In this document: one piece after another, positions 1 to 9,067 of the stretch
Layout of the letters: every line of letters starts with the position of its first letter
Position numbering within the stretch: the first letter of the stretch is position 1
Source: a virus
Virus record (IMG/VR): IMGVR_UViG_3300042534_000747
Length of the DNA: 64,000 bases
Direction: 5' to 3' (one strand)
Notes under the pieces: generated by a model
The model's database searches: none
What the model saw: only the letters and a program-made list of their open reading frames with translations
Told to the model about the DNA's origin: nothing
Position numbers and translations under genes: made by a program

Positions 1-1062
1 CATAGGCAATTCATATGTAGTCACTGGTGTTGTGATTGAAATTGAAACATCATCTATTGCAGTATTAAAGGTGATGGTTAATGTTACATCTGTTCCAGTA
101 GTCACGGATTCTGATGATAATTCTTCTGAAATTAATGATAATATAATAATTGGTTCTGATATAACATATGTTGGCTCTGTATCAGTGTATTGACGTACAA
201 TTATCCAATCTACATATGAAACAGCAGTTTGATAAACACAAAATCCTAATTTTGCATTATTTTCTGTGCCTGTAACAAATTTAGATTCACCATTGAATTG
301 ATATTCAATTGTCGATTCATCTTGTAATATAATTTTAGAGTCATACCATGTATCTACTTCTACCATTGGAGTAATAAAATCAGTCCAAGTTGTAGTATAA
401 TATTGATGTCCATTATAAATATTACCATGCACAGTTGTAGTGCTTAAAGCAGGTCTATAACCCCATACAAAAGCATCATATACTTCCGATTGTTGTTTAG
501 ATTCAAATATATAACCCATTTCTGCACGGTTAAATGTTCTTAAACTTAATATACCATTTCCACCCCATCCATTGAAACCTGTCATTTTTAAAGAACCGTC
601 TATAACATTTATATTTGCAGCAGCATCGGTTTCTGTCCATTTTGTAGCATCTACTTCATCTCCATTGAAATCATCACCAAATATCATTACAGAATCAATA
701 TTACCTGTATATGTTTTTGTATTATCTCCAAATTGCATTGATAATATATTGTCACCTATTGCAAGTGTTGGTATTTTAATCCAAAAATTAGCAGTTTCAC
801 CACTTGTATATTCTGAAATCCAATATGGTAATTCTGTTTCACCTTGATAGAATCTTACATCTTCAAAAGTACTATCCATACCTGTTTCGTAAGGAACAAC
901 TATTTTCATTTGATAATCTGTTAAAGTTGCTGTACTTGTAACTGTTATTTCTTGTTCATATAAATTATTATCAACTAAAGCACCTATATTTGTTAATGAA
1001 AACGCACAGATGCCAAATAATGAAAATAATAATATGATATATATAACTTTCTTATTCATCAT
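1..1062 (-). CDS. Secreted DUF2341-type surface/adhesin protein, partial (runs off the left end)
   Basis: Not in the ORF track. I translated an open frame from ATG 1062 to base 1: signal peptide MMNKKVIYIILLFSLFGICAF, then DYQMKIVVPYETGMDSTFEDVRF...ELPYWISEYTSGETANFWIKIP and FGDDFNG...YVDWIIVRQY, typical of DUF2341 + lectin-like domains. Confidence 0.75.
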   Translation of the reverse strand, partial: MMNKKVIYIILLFSLFGICAFSLTNIGALVDNNLYEQEITVTSTATLTDYQMKIVVPYETGMDSTFEDVRFYQGETELPYWISEYTSGETANFWIKIPTLAIGDNILSMQFGDNTKTYTGNIDSVMIFGDDFNGDEVDATKWTETDAAANINVIDGSLKMTGFNGWGGNGILSLRTFNRAEMGYIFESKQQSEVYDAFVWGYRPALSTTTVHGNIYNGHQYYTTTWTDFITPMVEVDTWYDSKIILQDESTIEYQFNGESKFVTGTENNAKLGFCVYQTAVSYVDWIIVRQYTDTEPTYVISEPIIILSLISEELSSESVTTGTDVTLTITFNTAIDDVSISITTPVTTYELPM

Positions 1063-1118
1063 ATTATTATAATTAATATGAAAGTATATAAACTTTTTTA
1101 TAAAAGATATAGATTAAT

Positions 1119-1793
1119 TTATGTTTGAGGTATTTGTTTTTCAGATTGCCAATACTCTTTTGTTTCTATATTCATGATTGTAAGATATCCTTTCCATCCT
1201 GCACCTGTATCAAGCATCCATAAGTTATTGTGCTGAATAGGCTTAAATGAGCCATAAAATTCTGTTGTAGTGTGACCTACAAATATCTGGTCATAATTAG
1301 ATATTGCAACTACTCTTGATAAATTGCACAATTCTCTATTCCATGTTATATCTTCAAGTAACTGTTCTTCAATTGATTTAAATGGGTCAAAACCACCATG
1401 AACAAAGATTGATTTTTTACCTGCAATATTTTCTATATGATATGGTAAACCTGAAAGTAAAAAATCAAGATGTGAATCAGGTATTACATTATCATTCTTA
1501 TAGCGATATGATAACATTGTATTCATACCACCCTGATTCCACCATAGAGGAAATTCATATCTATCTTCATCTAAAATATAATCAATGAACCATAAATCAT
1601 GATTTCCAGTTATCAATATTTTATTTGGTAAATCTTTGAGATAATCAATTACTTGAAAAGTTTGCATTCCACCATCACAAACATCTCCTAAAATGTATAA
1701 TTCATCATTTTTAGGATTAAAATTAGATTTTTCTATTACTTCCATTAAAGCCTTGAATCTTCCATGAATATCACCTATTACAAATTTAGACAT
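1119..1793 (-). CDS. Calcineurin-like metallophosphoesterase (PPP/lambda-phosphatase family)
   Basis: Motifs GDIHG, GDVCDGG, GNHD, VHGG, GHT, LDTGA. Confidence 0.92.
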   Translation of the reverse strand: MSKFVIGDIHGRFKALMEVIEKSNFNPKNDELYILGDVCDGGMQTFQVIDYLKDLPNKILITGNHDLWFIDYILDEDRYEFPLWWNQGGMNTMLSYRYKNDNVIPDSHLDFLLSGLPYHIENIAGKKSIFVHGGFDPFKSIEEQLLEDITWNRELCNLSRVVAISNYDQIFVGHTTTEFYGSFKPIQHNNLWMLDTGAGWKGYLTIMNIETKEYWQSEKQIPQT

Positions 1794-2259
1794 TACAATA
1801 TTCTCCTACCAAATCACAATCAAAATCAAAATCAAATTCACGTAAAATTTCATCTGGTAAGTTATTTATTATTTTATCAATTTCATCATTGCAATAATTT
1901 ATTATTTTATTTACAAATTCATCTGATTCATTTTCAAATAATGTACCACATTCAATAAGTTGAATAATATCATAAAGTTCACAAACATTAGTTTTTACAA
2001 GATTATCTATCATTTCCTTATTTTCATCAATATCATCTTTTAAATTTAATTTTATCCAATCTTGCCAACAATAAAATTCTGCTTCACTACCTTCAATTGC
2101 ATCTTCAATTGTATTATAGCAATAACAATCTAATTTTTGTTTACATTCAGGACAAATAGGCTTATTTCTATATTGATTTGTTTCAGAATCAAAATAAATT
2201 TTTAATTTTGAAATATCTTCATTTCCATATTCTGTAATAAGTGTTAATGATTCTTTCAT
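1786..2259 (-). CDS. Hypothetical acidic protein with CxxC
   Basis: 157-aa ORF coupled to the next gene, upstream GTAGG RBS, CPEC motif. Confidence 0.6.
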   Translation of the reverse strand: MKESLTLITEYGNEDISKLKIYFDSETNQYRNKPICPECKQKLDCYCYNTIEDAIEGSEAEFYCWQDWIKLNLKDDIDENKEMIDNLVKTNVCELYDIIQLIECGTLFENESDEFVNKIINYCNDEIDKIINNLPDEILREFDFDFDCDLVGEYCNV

Positions 2260-2320
2260 TGTTTTATCCTACATTTTGCTAAATATATGTATGTAATCAT
2301 ATTTAAGTGTATGTAAAATA

Positions 2321-2689
2321 ATGACAAAACGTTTAAATACATATAAAGTAATAATTTTATTAATGGTAGAAAATAAAAATTATCAAAATGCAATAAAATC
2401 AAGTTATTTTGAAATATCAGTTGCAATTTTGTGGATAATTACAACTTTATTATATACAAATGTAATTTATCAAACATTGCAATGGATGGATTCAAATTTT
2501 AATTTATTGTATGTAATTAGTTTAATGATAACATTTACAATCCTTTATTTAGTTTTAAATAATATATTTAAAGGAAATGTGAAAGATAAAATATTTGAAT
2601 TAAAAAATAGAAAGAAAAATGAAAGTAAAGTAGATATTATTTGGATTATCATACCTATAGTAATGATTATTTTATTATTTATATTCTAA
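2321..2689 (+). CDS. Hypothetical membrane protein (3 TM)
   Basis: Three hydrophobic segments; true start may be a downstream Met. Confidence 0.55.
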   Translation: MTKRLNTYKVIILLMVENKNYQNAIKSSYFEISVAILWIITTLLYTNVIYQTLQWMDSNFNLLYVISLMITFTILYLVLNNIFKGNVKDKIFELKNRKKNESKVDIIWIIIPIVMIILLFIF

Positions 2690-3135
2690 TAATCTTCAGG
2701 TAATAATATAGTCCATTTATTAGGAATTTCGTTAGGATGTACCCATACAATTATTTCTTCATCATTTGGAGTTTCAATTTTACAAGTGAAATAATTCCCA
2801 TCTTCACGATTTTCTTTTTTTGATTGTTCATAACATTGTTTACTACATTCATTTATCAAATCAATTATCCCTTGTATATTAAGAATCTCACTATTTACAT
2901 CTGGTGATGAAATCATATATTTTTGTGTTCTTAATAAATTTGTAGTTATAAATCTAAAAGGGCAATCTTCTATATTTTCTAAAGGTAATTCTTTTGTATC
3001 AAATAATATTCCATCTTCTACTGCTTGAAATGCTGTATAAACGCTTACGTATTCAGCTTCTATTCCAAATATATCAGATTTATCTCCAACTTTCGGAATT
3101 AATTTTTTAACTTCATCATCTGTAAGTGTTTTCAT
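2686..3135 (-). CDS. Hypothetical protein, DUF6573-like
   Basis: YTAFQAVEDGILFD and C-terminal WTILLPEDY resemble the YTRAQAIEDG...TIMLPEDY family. Confidence 0.55.
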   Translation of the reverse strand: MKTLTDDEVKKLIPKVGDKSDIFGIEAEYVSVYTAFQAVEDGILFDTKELPLENIEDCPFRFITTNLLRTQKYMISSPDVNSEILNIQGIIDLINECSKQCYEQSKKENREDGNYFTCKIETPNDEEIIVWVHPNEIPNKWTILLPEDY

Positions 3136-3231
3136 AATAGTGATTTTGGCATATTAGGTAATAAAGATTTGTATTAACAAATAGCAATTTTGCAGTTAGA
3201 TTCTTATAGTATTAGGTATATTCATTGAGTT

Positions 3232-3549
3232 GTGAATAGCATAATAGAAAATGAAATGCTTGAAATATTATTTAAGGATTTTAAAAATTCTAAATATTAT
3301 ACTGAAGCACTTCTAGGATTAGAAATAAGACGTGCTTTACAAAAATTTTTATTTAATGAGAATGATAAAGAAAAAAATGAGATTATCATTAAATTATTAA
3401 TTCCTTTTTTTAAAACAGATGTTGTTGAACAAAATGAAAATATGAAAATGAAAAATAATTTACCTATTTGTTCACATGCTACAAATGACTGTGAATTTAA
3501 GTCATGTGATATTTTACTAAAAAATTATGTTTTTTGTTTAAAAAAATAA
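3232..3549 (+). CDS. Hypothetical protein with Cys-rich C-terminus
   Basis: 105-aa ORF, C-terminal CSHATNDCEFKSC..C. Confidence 0.45.
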   Translation: MNSIIENEMLEILFKDFKNSKYYTEALLGLEIRRALQKFLFNENDKEKNEIIIKLLIPFFKTDVVEQNENMKMKNNLPICSHATNDCEFKSCDILLKNYVFCLKK

Positions 3550-3563
3550 AAGATTCTTATAAA

Positions 3564-5687
3564 TTAATATAAGAACTTATTTACTTCTGTATCTGTTAAC
3601 GTTGCATGGTCTACATATGAATATTGATGTCTACCATAATCATTATATGTTACTTTGTAAACAAATATATCATGTTTTGTAGTTAAACCTGATTTTGCAT
3701 TATATTTAACAATGAAAGCTATGTATTTTTCATCTTCATCATCATCAAATATAACAGAAATTTTATTATTTAATACATTTCTCTTTCCATCATATGTTTC
3801 AATTAAGTTGAAATCTACATCACTAATTTCATTTGTAAATGTATTATCCCATTTAACATCATTTGCATAATATATTTTTGCATTGTTTGCATCATAATAT
3901 GAAGATACTACACTTGCAGTATTTTGAATAGTTGCAGATAAGAAATTATTCAAAATTCCGATAGATATACTTTCACTATTTTGAACTGGATATACATATA
4001 AATAACTAAGTCCTAATTGACTATATGTAGTTGCTCCAACTTTTACATTATAACTGTTTGGAAGTGCATTTAATGTAAATACTTGTTTTGATTCAGTTAC
4101 TTTTGATGCAGGATATGTTATAGTTTTTGATATGATTGTAGGACTAGATACATGAACAGTTATCTTAGTACTAGGTTTTAATTTGAATTCATTACTCTGT
4201 GATAAACCATTCATACCAGTTGTAAATGAATAACTTTGTTTAAATGTACCTGTGTTTCCCTCAAAACTATCATATACCCAAATACCTTCTTTATCAGAAG
4301 AAGTTACAGTAACTTTGACATCTTTACAAATTAAACGTTCACCTGCATCACTGTAAACACCAGAATATACTTTAAACTGTTTGTAAGCCCAATTATTAGT
4401 TCCATCATCTGTTACAGTTTTATCCATAGTAAATTCTAAATTATAACTATCGGATTTTATTTTTGGTAACATTAAATCATAATTGTTATCATAGCCTTCT
4501 GCTACAGCTACATAATAAACTGTTTGTTGAGTTTGTTTAATTTCAACTTTTTGTTGAGTTGCTGTTTTTGTTGAAACTTTATCTCCCATATTCATAAATT
4601 TATCAGTTTTATATAAATCAAATTTTACACCATTTGTACATTTAAATGTAATTGTAGATGTTTCATTTAATTCATATGTTTCTAATGTATATCCATTATT
4701 ATCTTTTACAACAATTGTATCCTGTGTAGTCACAACTGTTTTATCTTTAAATGTATCTACATCAAATTCTATTTCATTATTTTTAAAATTACCATTCAAT
4801 TGATATGCAGGAATTTCCATTGCATATGATTCTGTTTCATCATCAATATTATAGAATGTAACAGTATGTACTTTACTAACTAATATATTATTAAGTGTTA
4901 TTTTAGATGCAATTCCTATTTTTTGAGTATCAAATGAAACTATTGCATTTCCATTTTTAACATTAATAATTAAATTTCCATAATTAGATACACCTTCATC
5001 AATATTTACACTTTCATTAGCATCAGATGTTGTTCCTAATTGTTCTTCAAAACTATCTTCTACTGATTTTGCAACATTAAATGTTGGTTCTAAATCATCT
5101 TCAGTTTCAGATTCATCTACTGTATCAGTAGCAATAATAGTGATATCACTAGGGTTATATATCAATTTGATAGTACATGCTCTTCCTGCTTCAATTGTAC
5201 CTGTAGCATCATCCCCACTGACCTTTAAATTACCATTAATGTAACCTCTAGCTACATAAACACCTTGTGATTTTACTGCTGCATAAACTTGATATCCATT
5301 ATCTCCTACTTTAAAATCAACTTCTTCTTCATTGACTTTTAATGCAAGTCCTGTATCTCCTTCATTAGAGTCATATATGTATAAAACACCTTGATTTTCA
5401 ATATCTATTTGACTTTTTGGAATAGTTAATGTGTTTCCATCATCAAAAGTAAATATATATGTATCAGTTGCATCATCATAAGTACAGCTATCACTAATAG
5501 TTGCAATTGCAGTTTGAGATGCATCTACTATGAAATTATTACCTACTGAACCTGTATCCATTGAATTATCTGAATTACCTGTATAGTAGTAATAAAAACC
5601 AATACTAGATGCAATTAAAATTAACATTGCAATTGCAATTACTATGATTTTATTCTTTTTTATAAAATCTTGTATTTTTAAATTCAT
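3564..5687 (-). CDS. Large N-terminally membrane-anchored beta-rich surface protein
   Basis: 707 aa; single N-terminal TM (IIVIAIAMLILIASSIGFYYYY); Thr/Ser/Asp/Val-rich ectodomain; own TATA box. Confidence 0.7.
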   Translation of the reverse strand: MNLKIQDFIKKNKIIVIAIAMLILIASSIGFYYYYTGNSDNSMDTGSVGNNFIVDASQTAIATISDSCTYDDATDTYIFTFDDGNTLTIPKSQIDIENQGVLYIYDSNEGDTGLALKVNEEEVDFKVGDNGYQVYAAVKSQGVYVARGYINGNLKVSGDDATGTIEAGRACTIKLIYNPSDITIIATDTVDESETEDDLEPTFNVAKSVEDSFEEQLGTTSDANESVNIDEGVSNYGNLIINVKNGNAIVSFDTQKIGIASKITLNNILVSKVHTVTFYNIDDETESYAMEIPAYQLNGNFKNNEIEFDVDTFKDKTVVTTQDTIVVKDNNGYTLETYELNETSTITFKCTNGVKFDLYKTDKFMNMGDKVSTKTATQQKVEIKQTQQTVYYVAVAEGYDNNYDLMLPKIKSDSYNLEFTMDKTVTDDGTNNWAYKQFKVYSGVYSDAGERLICKDVKVTVTSSDKEGIWVYDSFEGNTGTFKQSYSFTTGMNGLSQSNEFKLKPSTKITVHVSSPTIISKTITYPASKVTESKQVFTLNALPNSYNVKVGATTYSQLGLSYLYVYPVQNSESISIGILNNFLSATIQNTASVVSSYYDANNAKIYYANDVKWDNTFTNEISDVDFNLIETYDGKRNVLNNKISVIFDDDEDEKYIAFIVKYNAKSGLTTKHDIFVYKVTYNDYGRHQYSYVDHATLTDTEVNKFLY

Positions 5688-5767
5688 TTTATCACATATT
5701 TTTATTTTTTAAACTAGATAAAAGGAATTATGACAAGATAGTATATAAACTTTTTTATATCATATTG

Positions 5768-5857
5768 AAAAAAAGAATGAATTAAGAAGTTACTGTTTAA
5801 GCAACTACTCATTCATTTTGTTCTTACCGATGATACGGCAACTTGCATGAACAATAC
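5768..5857 (-). ncRNA. Candidate small structured RNA A (two hairpins + U7 tract)
   Basis: TATA 5876-5883, 18-nt spacer, start GTATTGT. Stems TTGTTC/GAACAA, TTGCCG/CGGTAA, AGTTGCT/AGTAACT, GAATGA/TCATTC, with G-U pairs only on the minus strand; ends in T7; no ORF. Confidence 0.5.
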
Positions 5858-5883
5858 AACTTATGTATAGCATAGTATAAAAA

Positions 5884-5977
5884 GATAACGCAATTATTGT
5901 GTGAGAATGTACAATGATTTTAATAGATGTGATGTAATAGATAATAATAATTTCAATATTTTATCATTGTACAATAC
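5884..5977 (-). ncRNA. Candidate small structured RNA B
   Basis: TATA 5995-6002, start GTATTGT, perfect 11-bp inverted repeat 5908-5918/5963-5973; no ORF. Confidence 0.4.
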
Positions 5978-6085
5978 TCTATTGTACGTCACTCTATATA
6001 AAGATTTTTAGATTTTTTGTGTATAAAATTTATACTTATTTATTAAAAAAAGAAGGAATAAAAGGGTGAAATAATTAAAATAAAA

Positions 6086-6105
6086 GAAACTGAATAATCA
6101 GTTTC
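6086..6105 (-). terminator. Hairpin directly after the MC1 stop codon
   Basis: GAAACTGA-ataa-TCAGTTTC followed by T-rich tract on the minus strand. Confidence 0.55.
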
Positions 6106-6107
6106 AA

Positions 6108-6536
6108 TTACTCTTCATCAAGAAGTCTAGTTCCCTTTGGAATATCAATCTTAGGTTTAACGTACTTAGCAAGTCCTTTCTTCACATCAATTGTTAGTTT
6201 ACCAGTCTTTTTATCTGTGATTGCATCAGGTGATTCCTTCATCCAATCAAGCATTTTATCTTCTTCAATGGTAACTTTGATAATAGAACCTGAGTATCTC
6301 TTCATCTTTCTTCTATCATTAGTTTCACGGACAATAATATTTTCATATCCTCTGCTTGCAAGTTTTGTTGCAGCATCCTTTGGGTATTTTCCACTGTACT
6401 TTAAAACACTACCCTTTTTACCTCTAAGTGGAACAAGCTTACCTTCCTTATCAAAAAGGTCTGCATCGTATGCAATAAATGTTCTCTTGTCGGACTTTAC
6501 TTCATCTACAATTACTGTTTCTACGTTTTCTGTCAT
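6108..6536 (-). CDS. mc1: MC1-family archaeal chromosomal DNA-bending protein
   Basis: YSGKYPKDAATKLASRG..IIVRETNDRRKMKRY..KMLDWM matches the MC1 pattern FTGKQPRQAALKAANRG..IRLRERGTKKVHVF..PAWMP. Confidence 0.75.
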   Translation of the reverse strand: MTENVETVIVDEVKSDKRTFIAYDADLFDKEGKLVPLRGKKGSVLKYSGKYPKDAATKLASRGYENIIVRETNDRRKMKRYSGSIIKVTIEEDKMLDWMKESPDAITDKKTGKLTIDVKKGLAKYVKPKIDIPKGTRLLDEE

Positions 6537-6729
6537 TTTACATCACATTCTCACTATTTATTTTTTTATTTATTTAATTTTATAAACAAGGGTTTATGCT
6601 TGTAGTTACATAATATACAACGGTATATATATACCTTCCTGCAAAATCTTTATATACTAGTTAGTGCTAACCAAGAGCAGTAAGTTCAGTATAAGTAAAA
6701 TTACATATAAAAAAAGAAAAGAAAAAAAA

Positions 6730-8286
6730 TTAAACTAATTTACTAATTTTAAATAGTTCATCTAATGTTGTAGCCTGTTGAAGTGGTTTATATGTAACAT
6801 AATCTTTAAATCTAGAAAAACGTAATGTATATCCTGATTCTGATGTTGGACTTTTTTCAATTGCTTCAAAATCAATCTTAATCATGAACTTTTCACCATT
6901 GTTAATTTTTTCAGTTACAATGATAACATCTTCAGCAGTTAAACCAGAACCACAACTACCTATTTTATGTCCATCACCTGTCATTATTTGTAAAGAAGAA
7001 TACATTCCTGCATACTTATTTTTTCCATAATTACCATCATAAACAATTACATCTGCTGTATCAGAAGGCTTCTTTTTAGTCCATTTAGCAGTTTTTTTAC
7101 CAAAGTCATAGATTGATTTAGGGTCTTTGACCATAACACCTTCAAAGCCATCTTCAAGAGCATTTTCATAATATTCATTGAAATGCTCCATAGATTCAAT
7201 AAAAAGTGTTTCTACAGGAACTATACCTTCAGGAAAATTAAGAGTATCTAATATATTTCTTCTTTCAATTAATGGTGTATCATATAATGGAACACCACAA
7301 TAAATTATATCAAATACATAAAATATTGCAGGATATTTTTCTGCATATTCAGCAACATCATACTTTCGTCTTGTACGTTTTGCACTATCGCTGAATTTAT
7401 CACCTGATACAATTTCACCATCAAGCACAATAGGCAATTTATCCTTATTGAGTTCTTTAAATTCATTTAAAAATTTAACAATATCAGGGAATGATTCAGT
7501 TTGGTCATGTAAGTTTCTACTATATATTGTAATATCTTCATTTTCTATTACATTGCCAACTGCTCTATTACCATCCAATTTAATATCCATTATTTTACCA
7601 ATGGAAATATCTTTTTCATCTGAAAGTTTAGCAAGCATTACTGGAAATGGTTTACCTAATCTAAATTGTAAATCTTCAATATCTACAGTAAGTACTTTTA
7701 CCATTGAATTTGAAAATATAAATGCTCTTTCAATATCCTTTTTTGGAATATTTCTATAATTTGAAATCGCTTTAATAATTACAGGGTCTTTATATCCTAA
7801 TGGCAAATCTCTAAGAATTATATGAGAAATGAATCTAATTGATTCTGATGTTTGTCCTGTAAAACATGATTTAATAAGACTTATTTTTTCATCATCTGTA
7901 TTTACATTTGCAATATTTGCAAGATTATCTACAATTGCTTCAATTGATAATGCAATTTTAGGTTTTCCAAAATCAAACAATCCAGTTGATTTTTTATGTT
8001 CAAAACAATATTTTGCAATATCTGAAGTGCAACCAAATTCCTTTTGTGTTGCCATTTTTTTAATTTCTTTTATTGAAAAACCTGTTTCATGTGAAATTGC
8101 AGTTATCATTTTTGCCTTACCTGCATCTAATTTTTCAGGTCTAGGAATAATTTCATCAGCAATGATTTTCATATAAACTTCATGTTTATCTTCATTATTT
8201 GCAAAAAAATTTGCAAAAATTTGTTCTTTCTCACTTGATTTTGTAGTTGATTCAATTTGAGAAAATAATTGAGTAATATTTTTCAT
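6730..8286 (-). CDS. lig: ATP-dependent DNA ligase
   Basis: KLDGNR (motif I), LDGEIV, FYVFDII, GFEGVMVK, KWTKKK, YTLRFSRF; N-terminal DNA-binding domain. Confidence 0.95.
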   Translation of the reverse strand: MKNITQLFSQIESTTKSSEKEQIFANFFANNEDKHEVYMKIIADEIIPRPEKLDAGKAKMITAISHETGFSIKEIKKMATQKEFGCTSDIAKYCFEHKKSTGLFDFGKPKIALSIEAIVDNLANIANVNTDDEKISLIKSCFTGQTSESIRFISHIILRDLPLGYKDPVIIKAISNYRNIPKKDIERAFIFSNSMVKVLTVDIEDLQFRLGKPFPVMLAKLSDEKDISIGKIMDIKLDGNRAVGNVIENEDITIYSRNLHDQTESFPDIVKFLNEFKELNKDKLPIVLDGEIVSGDKFSDSAKRTRRKYDVAEYAEKYPAIFYVFDIIYCGVPLYDTPLIERRNILDTLNFPEGIVPVETLFIESMEHFNEYYENALEDGFEGVMVKDPKSIYDFGKKTAKWTKKKPSDTADVIVYDGNYGKNKYAGMYSSLQIMTGDGHKIGSCGSGLTAEDVIIVTEKINNGEKFMIKIDFEAIEKSPTSESGYTLRFSRFKDYVTYKPLQQATTLDELFKISKLV

Positions 8287-8552
8287 TTATTCACCTTTAT
8301 CATTTCATCAAAATCATCATCTGTCAAAAAACATCTATCTTTATATTGGAGATGCACATTACCTAGTATATCAGTGATAGTGAATTGTGAATGTGAAACT
8401 ATTCCAACAACTCCACTTGAATCAGGAGTAACAAAATAACCAACATTTAAGATTTTTCTACCACATTTTGTACAGATTTTTCCTTTGAGTGCTATTATCT
8501 TTTCAATTTCATCATTATTTGCATATTTTCCAATAGTTGATATTTTAATCAC
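8283..8552 (-). CDS. Hypothetical protein (CxxC)
   Basis: 89-aa ORF overlapping the ligase start; TTGTAGGTG RBS upstream. Confidence 0.55.
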   Translation of the reverse strand: MIKISTIGKYANNDEIEKIIALKGKICTKCGRKILNVGYFVTPDSSGVVGIVSHSQFTITDILGNVHLQYKDRCFLTDDDFDEMIKVNK

Positions 8553-8639
8553 CTACAATTTAATAATTACTATAATAGATTTGATAGCATTTAAACATTT
8601 GCATTTTTAGTAAATCTATAATTTGATAAATAACATAGT

Positions 8640-8677
8640 TTTATATAGTTTGTGTGTGTATGTATGAATTGTAGGTG
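8640..8677 (+). promoter_or_regulatory. Repeated promoter/RBS unit
   Basis: TTTATATA-N18-GAATTGTAGGTG. Confidence 0.7.
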
Positions 8678-8686
8678 AATTAACAA

Positions 8687-9010
8687 ATGGCAACTATGGA
8701 TGAAATTAGAAATGAATTTGATGAGATTAGAAACATGGCATGTAAAATATCATCAAAGGGATTGAAAGATGATACTCTTTATGAAGCTATAAAGAAGAAT
8801 TTCAATGATATTGAAAAGAAGAATGGAGTCAATCATTGGAAAGACAATATGGTTTCTATTGTTAGAAGCAAGCAGGAAGCAATTGAAGCTGCAACATCAA
8901 TGATTTGGTATCATGGTGGTGTAGATTTTGATGTTGTTGCATCAGGTGTCAATGAAGGTGCTTATGTAGTACTTTCAAAGGGATATAAGTATTATATGAA
9001 TGAAAATTAA
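8687..9010 (+). CDS. Hypothetical protein
   Basis: 107-aa ORF directly behind the repeated promoter/RBS unit. Confidence 0.7.
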   Translation: MATMDEIRNEFDEIRNMACKISSKGLKDDTLYEAIKKNFNDIEKKNGVNHWKDNMVSIVRSKQEAIEAATSMIWYHGGVDFDVVASGVNEGAYVVLSKGYKYYMNEN

Positions 9011-9067
9011 TTTTATTTTCTTTTTCTTGCATATCCTTTTATAACAAAACGTACATCTATTGAACTA

